DNA from: Macrostomum lignano
Lineage: Eukaryota
Direction: 5' to 3'
NCBI GenBank assembly: GCA_002269645.1
Contig: NIVC01000573.1
Span: 434,001-498,000, forward strand
DNA: 64,000 nucleotides
This document shows, piece by piece, positions 11,601-23,730 of this stretch; position 1 is the stretch's first letter; the number at the start of each line of letters is the position of its first letter. The translations under genes and the position numbers were made by a program. The notes under the pieces are model-generated. The model saw only the letters and a program-made list of their open reading frames with translations. It was not told the DNA's origin and did no database searches.

Positions 11601-14600
11601 TTCATGACGGAGCTTTTGGGAAAAATGCACTTCATCCATAATCTCATTAATTTATATATTTATTATTTCCAAAGAAATCTGTAAACATTGGGGTCGACTT
11701 GGTTCGCCATCTTCCGAAATCATACGTCGAACTTGCCGCTTACTTAAACCTACTAATGAATCAACTTCTATGACAAATTTACAACAGAAATCTTCCCCCA
11801 ATTGTCTCGGCAGGCTCCTATTATACGCGACATGGGCCTGATCATAAATTCAAGTACCAGTGCTTGAAGAAACACACCCAGTACATGCAAAAAGTTCTTG
11901 CATATCAAGTAGAAATTTTAAAGTACCGAATGTTAATCAGGCACTGATTTCGCATTTTGTTTTCAATCAGACAGCTACTACGAGTATAAGGTTACTGAAA
12001 TTTTAAGGCTGCTTAAATGAATTGAAAACAAAAACAGGGAATTAAAGTTTACAGACCCGTTTGTTCCTTGTGAGTGAGCAATGAGTCATGGAAACTAGGA
12101 ACTACATACGTCAATTCTAATAATAGAACCAGGAACCTCAACCACCCCCAGAGACAATGCACTTTTATTTAAAGGCTTTGTATAAAGCAGGGCGTAGCTA
12201 GAATAGGAAGGACGTGGCACTAAGCACTAAGTTCTGATATTTGGAAAATTTGGCTATTTTTTGCCGTCAAAGAAGTCAGTCATACAGGCACGTGTCGTCA
12301 GTAAAAAGTCTGCTGCTCTGTAAGTCAACATTTCTGCAAAGTACATCTTTAATTTACCTATTTAATGTAATATCCATATCCTATCTGCTAATGGAACTAA
12401 TCTCATCTAGAGACCTCGTCAACTCATCTAGACACCCCGTCAACTCATCTAGAGACCCGTCAGCTCATCTAGACACCCCGTCAACTCATCTAGAAACCCC
12501 ATCAACTCATCTAGAGACCTCGTCAACTCATCTAGACACCCCGTCAACTCATCTAGAGACCCGTCAACTCATCTAGAAACCCCGTCAACTCATCTAGAGA
12601 CCCGTCAGCTCATCTAGACACCCCGTCAACTCATCTAGAAACCCCATCAACTCATCTAGAGACCTCGTCAACTCATCTAGAGACCCCGTCAACTCATCTA
12701 GAGAACCGCCAACTCATCTAGAGACCTCGTCAAGTCATCTAGAGACCCTAAGAATGGAGCAAAATTGTCAACTTTGTTAGTCTTATTGTGTCACCAATTT
12801 TATACGAGTGTGCCTTACAAGTACTAATGATTGATATAATGATTGATATAATGATTGATATAATGATTGATATAATGATTGATTCGTAAGAAAGTTTGAT
12901 CACAATAATTATGGACAAAAAATCACTAATGTTGAGACCCCCTCAGCCCAATTAGTAGCCCGCCGGGAAATTTAATGGCTGTGTGAGCTTTTAAGCGCAC
13001 ACATAAATTTACGGCATGAATCATATCGCGTGAATAACACACAAGCTCACACAGCCCTCAAATTTCGCTCAGGGCAGTTTTCATGACGGAGCTTTTGGGA
13101 AAATGCACTTCATCCATAATCTCTTTAGATTTCCAAAGAAATCTGTAAACATTGGGGTCGACTTTACTTAAACCTACTAATGAATCAACTTCTATGACAA
13201 ATTTACAACAGAAATCTTCCCCCAATTGTCTCGGCAGGCTCCTATTATACGCGACATGGACCTAATCATAAATTCAAGTAGCAGCTTGCTTGAAGAAACA
13301 CACCCAGTACATGCAAAAAGTTCTTGCATATCAAGTAGAAATTTTAAAGTACCGAATGTTAATCAGGCACTCAAAACCACTAGCTACTACGAGTATAAGG
13401 TTACTGAAATTATAAGGCTGCTTAAATGAATTGAAAACAAAAACAGGGAACTAAAGTTTCAAGACCCGGCCGTTTGTTCCTTATGAGTGAGTAATGAGTC
13501 ATGGAAACTAGGAACTACACACGTCAATTCTAATAATAGAACCAGGAACCTCACCCACCCCCAGAGACAATGCACTGTTTTATTTAAAGGCTTTGTATAA
13601 AGCAGGGCGTAGCTAGAATAGGAAGGACGTGACACTAAGCACTAAGTTCTGATATTTGGAAAATTTGGCTATTTTTTGCCGTCAAAGAAGTCAGTCATAC
13701 AGGCACGTGTCGTCAGTAAAAAGTCTGCTGCTCTGTAAGTCAACATTTCTGCAAAGTACATCTTTAATTTACCTATTTAATGTAATATCCATATCCTATC
13801 TGCTAATGGAACTAATCTCATCTAGAGACCTCGTCAACTCATCTAGACACCCCGTCAACTCATCTAGAGACCCGTCAGCTCATCTAGACACCCCGTCAAC
13901 TCATCTAGAAACCCCATCAACTCATCTAGAGACCTCGTCAACTCATCTAGAGACCTCGTCAACTCATCTAGAGACCCGTCAACTCATCTAGACACCCCGT
14001 CAACTCATCTAGAGACCCGTCAGCTCATCTAGACACCCCGTCAACTCATCTAGAGACCCGTCAGCTCATCTAGACACCCCGTCAACTCATCTAGAGACCC
14101 GTCAGCTCATCTAGACACCCCGTCAACTCATCTAGAAACCCCATCAACTCATCTAGAGACCCCGTCAACTCATCTAGAGAACCGCCAACTCATCTAGAGA
14201 CCTCGTCAAGTCATCTAGAGACCCTAAGAATGGAGCAAAATTGTCAACTTTGTTAGTCTTATTGTGTCACCAATTTTATACGAGTGTGCCTTACAAGTAC
14301 TAATGATTGATATAATGATTGATATAATGATTGATATAATGATTGATATAATGATTGATTCGTAAGAAAGTTTAATCACAATAATTATGGACAAAAAATC
14401 ACTAATGTTGAGACCCCTTCAGCCGAATTAGTAGCCCGCCGGGAAATTTAATGGCTGTGTGAGCTTTTAAGCGCACACAGAAATTTACGGCATGAATCAT
14501 ATCGCGTGAATAACACACAAGCTCACACAGCCCTCAAATTTCCCACCGGGCAGTTTTGATGACGGAGCTTTTGGGAAAATGCACTTCATCCATAATCTCT

Positions 14601-17272
14601 TTAGATTTCCAAAGAAATCTGTAAACATTGGGGTCGACTTTACTTAAACCTACTAATGAATCAACTTCTATGACAAATTTACAACAGAAATCTTCCTCCA
14701 ATTGTCTCGGCAGGCTCCTATTATACGCGACATGGACCTAATCATAAATTCAAGTAGCAGCTTGCTTGAAGAAACACACCCAGTACATGCAAAAAGTTCT
14801 TGCATATCAAGTAGAAATTTTAAAGTACCGAATGTTAATCAGGCACTCAAAACCACTAGCTACTACGAGTATAAGGTTACTGAAATTATAAGGCTGCTTA
14901 AATGAATTGAAAACAAAAACAGGGAATTAAAGTTTACAGACCCGTTTGTTCCTTGTGAGTGAGCAATGAGTCATGGAAACTAGGAACTACACACGTCAAT
15001 TCTAATAATAGAACCAGGAACCTCAACCACCCCCAGAGACAATGCACTGTTTTATTTAAAGGCTTTGTATAAAGCAGGGCGTAGCTAGAATAGGAAGGAC
15101 GTGGCACTAAGCACTAAGTTCTGATATTTGGAAAATTTGGCTATTTTTTGCCGTCAAAGAAGTCAGTCATACAGGCACGTGTCGTCAGTAAAAAGTCTGC
15201 TGCTCTGTAAGTCAACATTTCTGCAAAGTACATCTTTAATTTACCTATTTAATGTAATATCCATATCCTATCTGCTAATGGAACTAATCTCATCTAGAGA
15301 CCTCGTCAACTCATCTAGACACCCCGTCAACTCATCTAGAGACCCGTCAGCTCATCTAGACACCCCGTCAACTCATCTAGAAACCCCATCAACTCATCTA
15401 GAGACCTCGTCAACTCATCTAGAGACCTCGTCAACTCATCTAGAGACCCTAAGAATGGAGCAAAATTGTCAACTTTGTTAGTCTTATTGTGTCACCAATT
15501 TTATACGAGTGTGCCTTACAAGTACTAATGATTGATATAATGATTGATATAATGATTGATATAATGATTGATATAATGATTGATATAATGATTGATATAA
15601 TGATTGATATAATGATTGATATAATGATTGATATAATGATTGATATAATGATTGATTCGTAAGAAAATTTGATCACAATAATTATGGACAAAAAATCACT
15701 AATGTTGAGACCCCTTCAGCCCAATTAGTAGCCCGCCGGGAAATTTAATGGCTGTGTGAGCTTTTAAGCGCACACAGAAATTTACGGCATGAATCATATC
15801 GCGTGAATAACACACAAGCTCACACAGCCCTCAAATTTCGCTCAGGGCAGTTTTCATGACGGAGCTTTTGGGAAAAATGCACTTCATCCATAATCTCATT
15901 AATTTATATATTTATTATTTCCAAAGAAATCTGTAAACATTGGGGTCGACTTGGTTCGCCATCTTCCGAAATCATACGTCGAACTTGCCGCTTACTTAAA
16001 CCTACTAATGAATCAACTTCTATGACAAATTTACAACAGAAATCTTCCCCCAATTGTCTCGGCAGGCTCCTATTATACGCGACATGGGCCTGATCATACA
16101 TTCAAGTACCAGTGCTTGAAGAAACACACCCAGTACATGCAAAAAGTTCTTGCATATCAAGTAGAAATTTTAAAGTACCGAATGTTAATCAGGCACTCAA
16201 AACCATTATGACAGCTACTACGAGTATAAGGTTACTGAAATTTTAAGGCTGCTTAAATGAATTGAAAACAAAAACAGGGAATTAAAGTTTACAGACCCGT
16301 TTGTTCCTTGTGAGTGAGCAATGAGTCATGGAAACTAGGAACTACATACGTCAATTCTAATAATAGAACCAGGAACCTCAACCACCCCCAGAGACAATGC
16401 ACTTTTATTTAAAGGCTTTGTATAAAGCAGGGCGTAGCTAGAATAGGAAGGACGTGGCACTAAGCACTAAGTTCTGATATTTGGAAAATTTGGCTATTTT
16501 TTGCCGTCAAAGAAGTCAGTCATACAGGCACGTGTCGTCAGTAAAAAGTCTGCTGCTCTGTAAGTCAACATTTCTGCAAAGTACATCTTTAATTTACCTA
16601 TTTAATGTAATATCCATATCCTATCTGCTAATGGAACTAATCTCATCTAGAGACCTCGTCAACTCATCTAGAGACCTCGTCAACTCATCTAGAGACCCGT
16701 CAGCTCATCTAGACACCCCGTCAACTCATCTAGAAACCCCATCAACTCATCTAGAGACCTCGTCAACTCATCTAGAGACCCCGTCAACTCATTTAGAGAA
16801 CCGCCAACTCATCTAGAGACCTCGTCAAGTCATCTAGAGACCCCGTCAACTCATCTAGAGACCCCGTCAACTCATCTAGAGACTCGTCAACTCATCTAGA
16901 GACCTCATCAACTCATCTAGAGACCTCGTCAAATCATCTAGAGACCCCGTCAACTCATCTAGAGACCTCATCAACTCATCTAGAGACCTCGTCAAATCAT
17001 CTAGAGACCCCGTCAACTCATCTAGAGACCTCGTCAACTCATCTAGAGACCCCGTCAACTCATCTAGAGACCTCGTCAAATCATCTAGAGACCTCATCAA
17101 CTCATCTAGAGACCTCGTCAAATCATCTAGAGACCCCGTCAACTCATCTAGAGACCTCGTCAACTCATCTAGAGACCCGTCAAATCATCTAGAGACCCCG
17201 TCAACTCATCTTGAGACCTCGTAAACTCATTTAGAAACCTCGTCAGCTCATCTAGAGACCTCGTCAACTCAT
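8626..17272. repeat. Tandem array of six ~1.2-1.8 kb units, each with an internal 12-bp VNTR, a 21/22-bp VNTR and a hairpin
   Basis: Unit start (CCC)TAAGAATGGAGCAAAATTGTCAAC recurs at about 8626, 9956, 11219, 12746, 14223 and 15447. Identical short ORFs (MSRQAPIIR..., MENLAIFCR...) recur. Internal (AATGATTGATAT)n and (GTCAACTCATCTAGAGACCCC)n vary in copy number. Confidence 0.95.
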
Positions 17273-18228
17273 TTAGGGGCTACACATCAGCCAATGTAGA
17301 TGCGTGCCATTGTGGTGGATAAAATTCATAAAAGTACACAGTAAAGGCAATAAAATAGCCGCTTGCCTGGAAGGGCGAAGCTGGTCTCTGGAAGGGTGAC
17401 TAAGCCAGGATGAAATTAAGGCGCAATTAAGCAATATCCAGTCTTGTCCCAAAGTAGGCAAAAAATCGAATTTTTTTATTATAAGGCCTTGAAGTAGCCT
17501 TGGAATAACTAACTGTTTTTCTCAGTCGATCAGTCTATCAAATCAGTTAGCAATATTGCCAATAGTGCAGAATCATACGCTAGAGATGTACATGTACTCT
17601 GTGCACTCTAGATTCGCCAAGCGGCTCGGGTTAATGAATCATGCGGTCTCTGAAGTTCGAGTTAGCCTATCAGCAGCGCTACGAGAGGCTGGTTGGCGCG
17701 TTGAGGGTCAAAAGTACAATCCCTCGTATTTAGCTATTGCGGACTCGCCACCGCAAGAATCCCCTGCACAAGTCCCCTCTGTACCTGCATGGCCAATGCG
17801 ATCAAGTCCCAGCAGAGTCCCCTCCCTTATCATCGGCTATGACTTCGAGATTGACAGCAAAAAGACACTAGTTGGCAGGTAAGTGCCAAGCCCCCTCTAG
17901 TCGGAAGCCCGATTTCGAAAGTCCCGGTTTGGTGAGCCAGGACGCACGGGCTGGTGGCAGCGGGTTAGTTAATCTGTGGATTAGCTGATCTCTACCTTCA
18001 AAATGCTCCCTTCTTGTCTCTCGCTGTCCCTCTCTTAGCTATAGGACCTAGACTTCTCACCACAGATCAAACAACATATTGCGAAATTGTTTGAATGATA
18101 TTTGCAAGTGTTGCGTCCTGATTCAACGGTAACTTTTAGTGCTCCTTGATATAAGATTGCATGGTACTTTGGAGCAAAAACTCGTCATAATATTATTATT
18201 GCAGAGAGCGGCGCTCGCATCACGAGAA

Positions 18229-21200
18229 ATGGCGACAGACGTTGCGAATCAAAGTCTGTCAATCCCGTACATAGGAGGACCTGCATCGCTCGGAACCCTG
18301 TACGATGCTCAAACAGGCAAATACCTGACGGGTCCCAAGCTCTGGTCTCGGAAGACAACCGACGAAATGACCGTCACCAGGCCCAATGTGAGTCAGGCAA
18401 TCAGCATTGAATCACAGTCCAGCTTTTCCGACAGAGCAAAAAAGCTAGAGATGAGCGCCGATTTAAAACTCAGCTTTCTGTGCGGTTCCGCCGAAGTGGA
18501 AGGCTCAGGAAAGTACCTCACTGAGAAACTGACTCGAGTCAACTCAGAGAGTCTCGTATTTGCATACAAAACCTTGACTGAGTTCAAGGAGCTGCACCTG
18601 GGTCCTGAAGTTGAATACCCGCAATTTCTCGATGACGAATCAGCCACGCACGTTGTGACCGGGATCCAGTACGGCGGCAGGGCGTTTCTTGTGTTTGAGC
18701 GAGAGAAGCAAGAAAGTGAAAGCAAGACTGGGATTTCAGGCTCATTCAGAGGCCAGGTGTCTAAACTGAAGAGCCTTTTCGAAGTTTCTGGTCAACTGCA
18801 GGCAGAGCACTCAAAGAATGACGCCACGGAGACAGAGAGTATTCGATGCCGTTACTATGGCGACTTCAAGCTGGAACCGCCTCCGCTCACACTCAGGGAG
18901 GCCTTCGGTTGTGTGCAGAGCTTCAAGAGCGAAAACGCCGGCTCTCCGGTCCAGGTGTATCTCACGCCTCTCAGCAAAATCGGAGGAAAAGATCAGAAAC
19001 TGATGAGAGGCATCAGTGAAGAATGCTTGAACGAAGCCGGAAATTACTGCCAGCTGCTAGACGACATAATAAACGCTGCCGATGACAAGATTAAGGAGCT
19101 TGAAGACACGCCGTGGCGAATGCAGTGCGAAGTGTTGGCCACGTTTAGAGATCGGGTGCAGGCATACCGGACCCGCTTTAGAGACCAGCTGATGTCAATT
19201 TTGCCCAGGGCGCGTCAAACAGGAGATGTAAGTAGAGAGATTTCCGAGCTCATTTCGCGTCAGAAAGACGAATGCGGAGCCTCACCTCAACAGCTATTGA
19301 TGTGGTTGAGAAACAGAGAAAGAGAGTGCATGGCGCTGCAGCATTCCGCCCGTGTTCTCTCAGACAACGGTGCTCGCGTTCTGAATGAAAGAGAAAAGGA
19401 TGAGTTATTCGTCGCAAACAGATCCGATTACAAACTTTTGTTTGAGGTCCAGGCACCAAGATCACATTTTCCACAGTACTTGCCGCAGCCAACGTGTGCG
19501 GAGGAAGTAGGAAAAACTTGGATCGAATCGGAAGATTACCGCAGCTACCGGAGAGATTTGGACAGGGCAGTGAGATTTCTTCAACAAAATCGTGGATCGG
19601 CTGCGGTAGCAGTTATTGAAGGCTCTCCACATGACCAACAAACTGTCAAGTTGCAAATAAAGTGTTACAAAGACTTTGCATGGACTGAAACGGAACTGCC
19701 AAAGCCACCAACTGAGCTGCAGTGCTCAGAAGTGGATGAAAACACAGCCAAGTTTTCTTGGAAAGCCGAACCAAATGCATCGAACGGATATGTAGTCTAT
19801 GTTCTTAGACAACGGGAGGCTGACTTACTACCATATCACAGAGAATCAACTGAGACCAACAGCATTACTGTAAGCTCTCTGTATGCGGGAACTCCTCACA
19901 AAGCGTATGTCACTGCCGTGACAGAACTCGGAGAATCTGAGCCCAGCGAGCAGATCAGTTTTACCACTGAGCCTGCGTTGAACTGCTCAGAATTCGTTCT
20001 GCAGAACTTTTGCGAAGACAATCCGACTCCAGCTCAGAAAAGAGAAACCTTTGCTGGGAATATTTTTCAGTTAAGGGTTCGGCAGATTCCATCACCAGAA
20101 TGCAAGTGCTCTCAGAGTTGCATCTGTCCCAACTCTTTCGAAGTCGGCAACCGGAATGCAGGCGGAGGGCCACCGAAGTTCCTGCTTCTAATTGGAGAGA
20201 CAGGAGCAGGCAAGAGCACCCTAATCAATGGCATTGCAAATGCCTTTTACAGGGTACAGTTCGATGACAATTTTAGACTGAAACTAGTTGGACAGCTCGA
20301 AAGTCGCCACAAAAGTGCAGCTGCAAGCCAGGCTCATTCGCAGACCGCTGGCGTGTCCGTGTACACACTCTTTCCTGTGGACACAGGAGGCACGGAGGAC
20401 AGTCACAGAAGTGCAATGGACTGTCCTCTCACCATCATTGACACGCCGGGATTCGGGGACACTCGGGGTCCGGCTCAGGATAAAATTAATATTAAGAAAA
20501 TAGCGAAAATGCTTGGTGAAGACGGGCAATATATTCCTGGAATGACGGGGGTTTTGCATGGAATCGGTTTCGTTGTGAAAGCTTCCCAAAACCGACTGAA
20601 CGCAACGCAGAGGTACATCTTTGACCAAGTACTATCTCTTTTTGGAAAGGACGTGAAGCCCATCATTTATCCTCTTTTTACATTCGCCGATAGCGAAGAA
20701 CCGGAGGCTCTGGATGCCTTGGATGAAGACAAAGTGCCTTACAAAACGTATCTAAGCTTCAACAATGCTGCGTTGTACGCCAACAACACAGAGTCTGAGG
20801 GCCCCGAAGCGAGCCGTGGAGAGTCTAAGAGCTCGCAGTTTCACTTGAAAGCCCCACAATGGAAAAAATGTAATTACAACTATCAACAACTCTTTGAGAA
20901 GCTCGAAAGCAGCCACGATGGGGTCTCATTGCTCAGCACCCGAGAGACTCTGAAAAGTCGCAGATCGATGGAAGTCTGCGCGGAGAAACTGAAGTTAAGT
21001 GTCCAGTCAGACCTACAAAAGCTGACCAATCTAGCGGAGTATGTTAAACTAGTTGGCTCTTGTGGCAAGTTCTTTTTTAGCTCGGATTTTAGTAAGACAT
21101 GCGAAGTTAGGTCCTTGGAAGTTCGAGAGGTTAAACTGCCCCATGATCAGTTTGCCACGAACTGCATGGCATGTCGAAGAACTTGTCATGACAAATGCAG

Positions 21201-21864
21201 TCAGAAAGACAGCGCCTTGTGCTCTGTTATGGACTCTAGCGGCTGCTGCATAGTTTGTCCGAAAAATTGTGTTTTGTCTGAGCACCGCAACAGCGAATAT
21301 CGCTTTGAAGAATACGAAGTCGCGAAAACCGTGACTGTGGAGGAAATTGCTAAAGAGTATGGAGTAGTAATGCATGTAGTACCAATCGTAAAAATGCATG
21401 AAATAAAAATTGCAAAACTTTTTGCAAAACAATTTTGCAAAACTGAAGGTCTTCTATTAAAAATCAAAGCAGACATAGACGCAACTTTCGATGAGCTGTC
21501 CTACAACATTGTGACAATTCACAAATGCCTGCAGTCACTTGAGCAGATGGCTCTGCGCCAGTACCCGTTAAGCGTGAGGGAGTACGTGGACCATCTTATT
21601 GAGATGGAAGACACCCAGAAACGTCCTGGCTGGGAAAATCGGACGAAGCTACTGCAGGAGGCCAAAAAGTCTGCAGAGATCATCGCTGCAGCTCGCGATG
21701 GACAAGACCCGTTCGAGAGCAACAAGGAAAGAATTTTAAAACAGTGTGAGAAAGCCCTTCGGGTGATCCGGATCCGTGACTTATTTGGATATTACCTATG
21801 TTTTTGCTTGGAGTTTCTCTCTTATAAGCACTATAAAGCTGCTAGCAGGAAATCTGCCGGCTGA
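18229..21864 (+). CDS. Stonustoxin/verrucotoxin-like MACPF + helical domain + FN3 + AIG1/septin-like P-loop GTPase + Cys/His-rich domain + coiled coil (~1211 aa)
   Basis: Uninterrupted 3.7-kb ORF; first ATG at 18229, just after acceptor TATTATTATTGCAG| (18204). SNTX-like motifs SLGTLYDA..G..LW and THVVTGIQYGGRAFLVFE (~18646), and a helical segment F.D.L.SILPRAR...LLMWLRNRERE. FN3 from PKPPTELQCSEVDENTAKFSW to SEPSEQISFTT (~19699-19970). G1 GETGAGKS (20194), G3 DTPGFGDT (20440), G4-like FTFAD (20677). TNCMACRRTCHDKC...CIVCPKNC...H (~21157-21290). Family assignment is by motif recognition. Confidence 0.85.
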   Translation: MATDVANQSLSIPYIGGPASLGTLYDAQTGKYLTGPKLWSRKTTDEMTVTRPNVSQAISIESQSSFSDRAKKLEMSADLKLSFLCGSAEVEGSGKYLTEKLTRVNSESLVFAYKTLTEFKELHLGPEVEYPQFLDDESATHVVTGIQYGGRAFLVFEREKQESESKTGISGSFRGQVSKLKSLFEVSGQLQAEHSKNDATETESIRCRYYGDFKLEPPPLTLREAFGCVQSFKSENAGSPVQVYLTPLSKIGGKDQKLMRGISEECLNEAGNYCQLLDDIINAADDKIKELEDTPWRMQCEVLATFRDRVQAYRTRFRDQLMSILPRARQTGDVSREISELISRQKDECGASPQQLLMWLRNRERECMALQHSARVLSDNGARVLNEREKDELFVANRSDYKLLFEVQAPRSHFPQYLPQPTCAEEVGKTWIESEDYRSYRRDLDRAVRFLQQNRGSAAVAVIEGSPHDQQTVKLQIKCYKDFAWTETELPKPPTELQCSEVDENTAKFSWKAEPNASNGYVVYVLRQREADLLPYHRESTETNSITVSSLYAGTPHKAYVTAVTELGESEPSEQISFTTEPALNCSEFVLQNFCEDNPTPAQKRETFAGNIFQLRVRQIPSPECKCSQSCICPNSFEVGNRNAGGGPPKFLLLIGETGAGKSTLINGIANAFYRVQFDDNFRLKLVGQLESRHKSAAASQAHSQTAGVSVYTLFPVDTGGTEDSHRSAMDCPLTIIDTPGFGDTRGPAQDKINIKKIAKMLGEDGQYIPGMTGVLHGIGFVVKASQNRLNATQRYIFDQVLSLFGKDVKPIIYPLFTFADSEEPEALDALDEDKVPYKTYLSFNNAALYANNTESEGPEASRGESKSSQFHLKAPQWKKCNYNYQQLFEKLESSHDGVSLLSTRETLKSRRSMEVCAEKLKLSVQSDLQKLTNLAEYVKLVGSCGKFFFSSDFSKTCEVRSLEVREVKLPHDQFATNCMACRRTCHDKCSQKDSALCSVMDSSGCCIVCPKNCVLSEHRNSEYRFEEYEVAKTVTVEEIAKEYGVVMHVVPIVKMHEIKIAKLFAKQFCKTEGLLLKIKADIDATFDELSYNIVTIHKCLQSLEQMALRQYPLSVREYVDHLIEMEDTQKRPGWENRTKLLQEAKKSAEIIAAARDGQDPFESNKERILKQCEKALRVIRIRDLFGYYLCFCLEFLSYKHYKAASRKSAG

Positions 21865-22243
21865 AGTTTGTTATCTGCAATTTGATAGCTGGGATTTTGC
21901 GAACTTCGTTGTATTCTTTACCGAGTAATTCTTTTCCAATTATTTGAAGCACAAAAAATTCTGTTTTACAATACAAGCTTATTAGCCTTCTTAGCAGTCT
22001 ATTTTTCTTCGAAATATAACAATTTTAGCATATGGGCTTTTACAACTTCACAAAAGTAGTGTGCCTAAGTTAAAAATGCATTATTTAGCAATTAAACAAC
22101 AAATTTAAGTCCCAGTGTTACTGGCAGTGCTAACAATCATATCATAACTAAAAGCTTTATGTGATTAATAATTGCTAAGGAAATATGCCTAATTTTAGCA
22201 TGAAAAATTCTAGCCAGCAAAATTTCTTCTAGAAAACCTCACT

Positions 22244-22486
22244 AAGCCTCTTCATATCGCCGGTTCGAAAAACGGAACCGGTTTTGAACCGGTTCGACGT
22301 TCTTCATATCGATGGTTCGAAAAACAGAATCAGTTCCGGAACATGGTTCTGGTTCTAGAATATGGTTCGAGAAATTTTATCGAACCGTTTATGCGTTATG
22401 CGTTCGAAGCTCCTCATTTCACACCGGTTCTGGTTCTAGAACTCGAATTTATTCTGGTTCTAGAACCGATTGCCATGAAGAGGCTC
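22244..22486. mobile_element. MITE-like element with imperfect TIRs and internal GGTTC/GAACC palindromes
   Basis: Left AAGCCTCTTCATATCGCCGGTTC versus reverse complement of right end GAGCCTCTTCATGGCAATCGGTTC; ACT on both flanks (possible 3-bp TSD, PIF/Harbinger-like). Confidence 0.6.
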
Positions 22487-22658
22487 ACTGACACTGAAGC
22501 TGACACTGACTGACTCTATATAGACTCTATGACACTGACGGTATGCATGGACTCTCCTGATTGTCATCTGTTGAGAGAGTGGAAAAACTATTCTAATATA
22601 TGAGTTATAATCATATCGCTACCAATTATCCACATTACCATTCCGAATGAGTCTTTTT

Positions 22659-23421
22659 TGTTTATCTTGTTTAATCTTGTATATTCTTGTTTAGTCTTGT
22701 TCAGTCTTGTTTTATCTTGTTTAATCTTGTTCAATCTTGTTCAATCTTGTTTATTCTTGTTCAGTCTTGTTTTATCTTGTTTAATCTTGTTCAATCTTGT
22801 TTAATCTTGTTTAATCTTGTTTAATCTAGTTTAATCTTGTTTATTCTTGTTTAATCTTGTTTAATCTTGTTTAATCTTGTTTAATCTTGTTTAATCTTGT
22901 TTAATCTTGTTTAATCTTGTTTAATCTTGTTTAATCTTGCTTAATCTTGTTCAATCTTGTTCAATCTTGTTTAATCTTGTTTAATCTTGTTTAATCTTGC
23001 TTAATCTTGTTCAATCTTGTTCAATCTTGTTTAATCTTGTTCAATCTTGTTTAATCTTGCTTAATCTTGTTCAATCTTGTTCAATCTTGTTCAATCTTGT
23101 TCAATCTTGTTTAATCTTGTTCAATCTTGTTCAATCTTGTTCAATCTTGTTCAATCTTGTTTAATCTTGTTCAATCTTGTTCAATCTTGTTCAATCTTGT
23201 TCAATCTTGTTTAATCTTGTTCAATCTTGTTCAATCTTGTTTAATCTTGTTTAACCTTGTTTAATCTTGTTTAATCTTGTTCAATCTTGTTTATTCTTGT
23301 TTAATCTTGTTTAATCTTGTTTTATCTTGTTTAATATTGTTTAACCTTGTTTTATCTTGTTTAATCTTGTTCAATCTTGTTTAATCTTGTTTAATCTTGT
23401 TTAATCTTGTTTAATCTTGTT
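22659..23421. repeat. 10-bp minisatellite (TTAATCTTGT/TCAATCTTGT), ~76 copies
   Basis: Direct reading of the sequence. Confidence 0.97.
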
Positions 23422-23698
23422 CTGCTATCCAAGCCGTTCTCCAGCCTTTGCAGCCGTATGTATTTCAGCAACATTGAAAGGACCTGAAAAGACCTAAGGA
23501 ATTTTTCTAAATTAACCATTTTGTAATTCAAATTTTGCTGTCAGGGTTATAAAAACTAAACAAACAATGTTATCATTGTTTTTGTGTCAAAGCCCATTGC
23601 TCAGCATGGTGGTTACGCAATGCATGCCCCGCAGTGTAGAGTGCGAGTTGTGCGACTTTTAGGGGAGATCCGATGAGATCGAAGTTCGTTTGTGGCAC

Positions 23699-23730
23699 AA
23701 AGGGTGGCGACTTTTCAAAGTTGTTGAGTG
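23699..23730. mobile_element. Solo right TIR of the same Tc1/mariner-like family as the 2571-2861 MITE
   Basis: AAAGGGTGGCGACTTTTCAAAGTTGTTGAGTG followed by TA; matches the right end at 2830-2861. No partner left TIR was found. Confidence 0.6.

Noticed and set aside
9082-16816. Recurrent short ORFs MSRQAPIIR... and MENLAIFCR...
   Set aside because: TTG starts, AT-rich, no domain, and disrupted in some units; they recur only because the array unit recurs.
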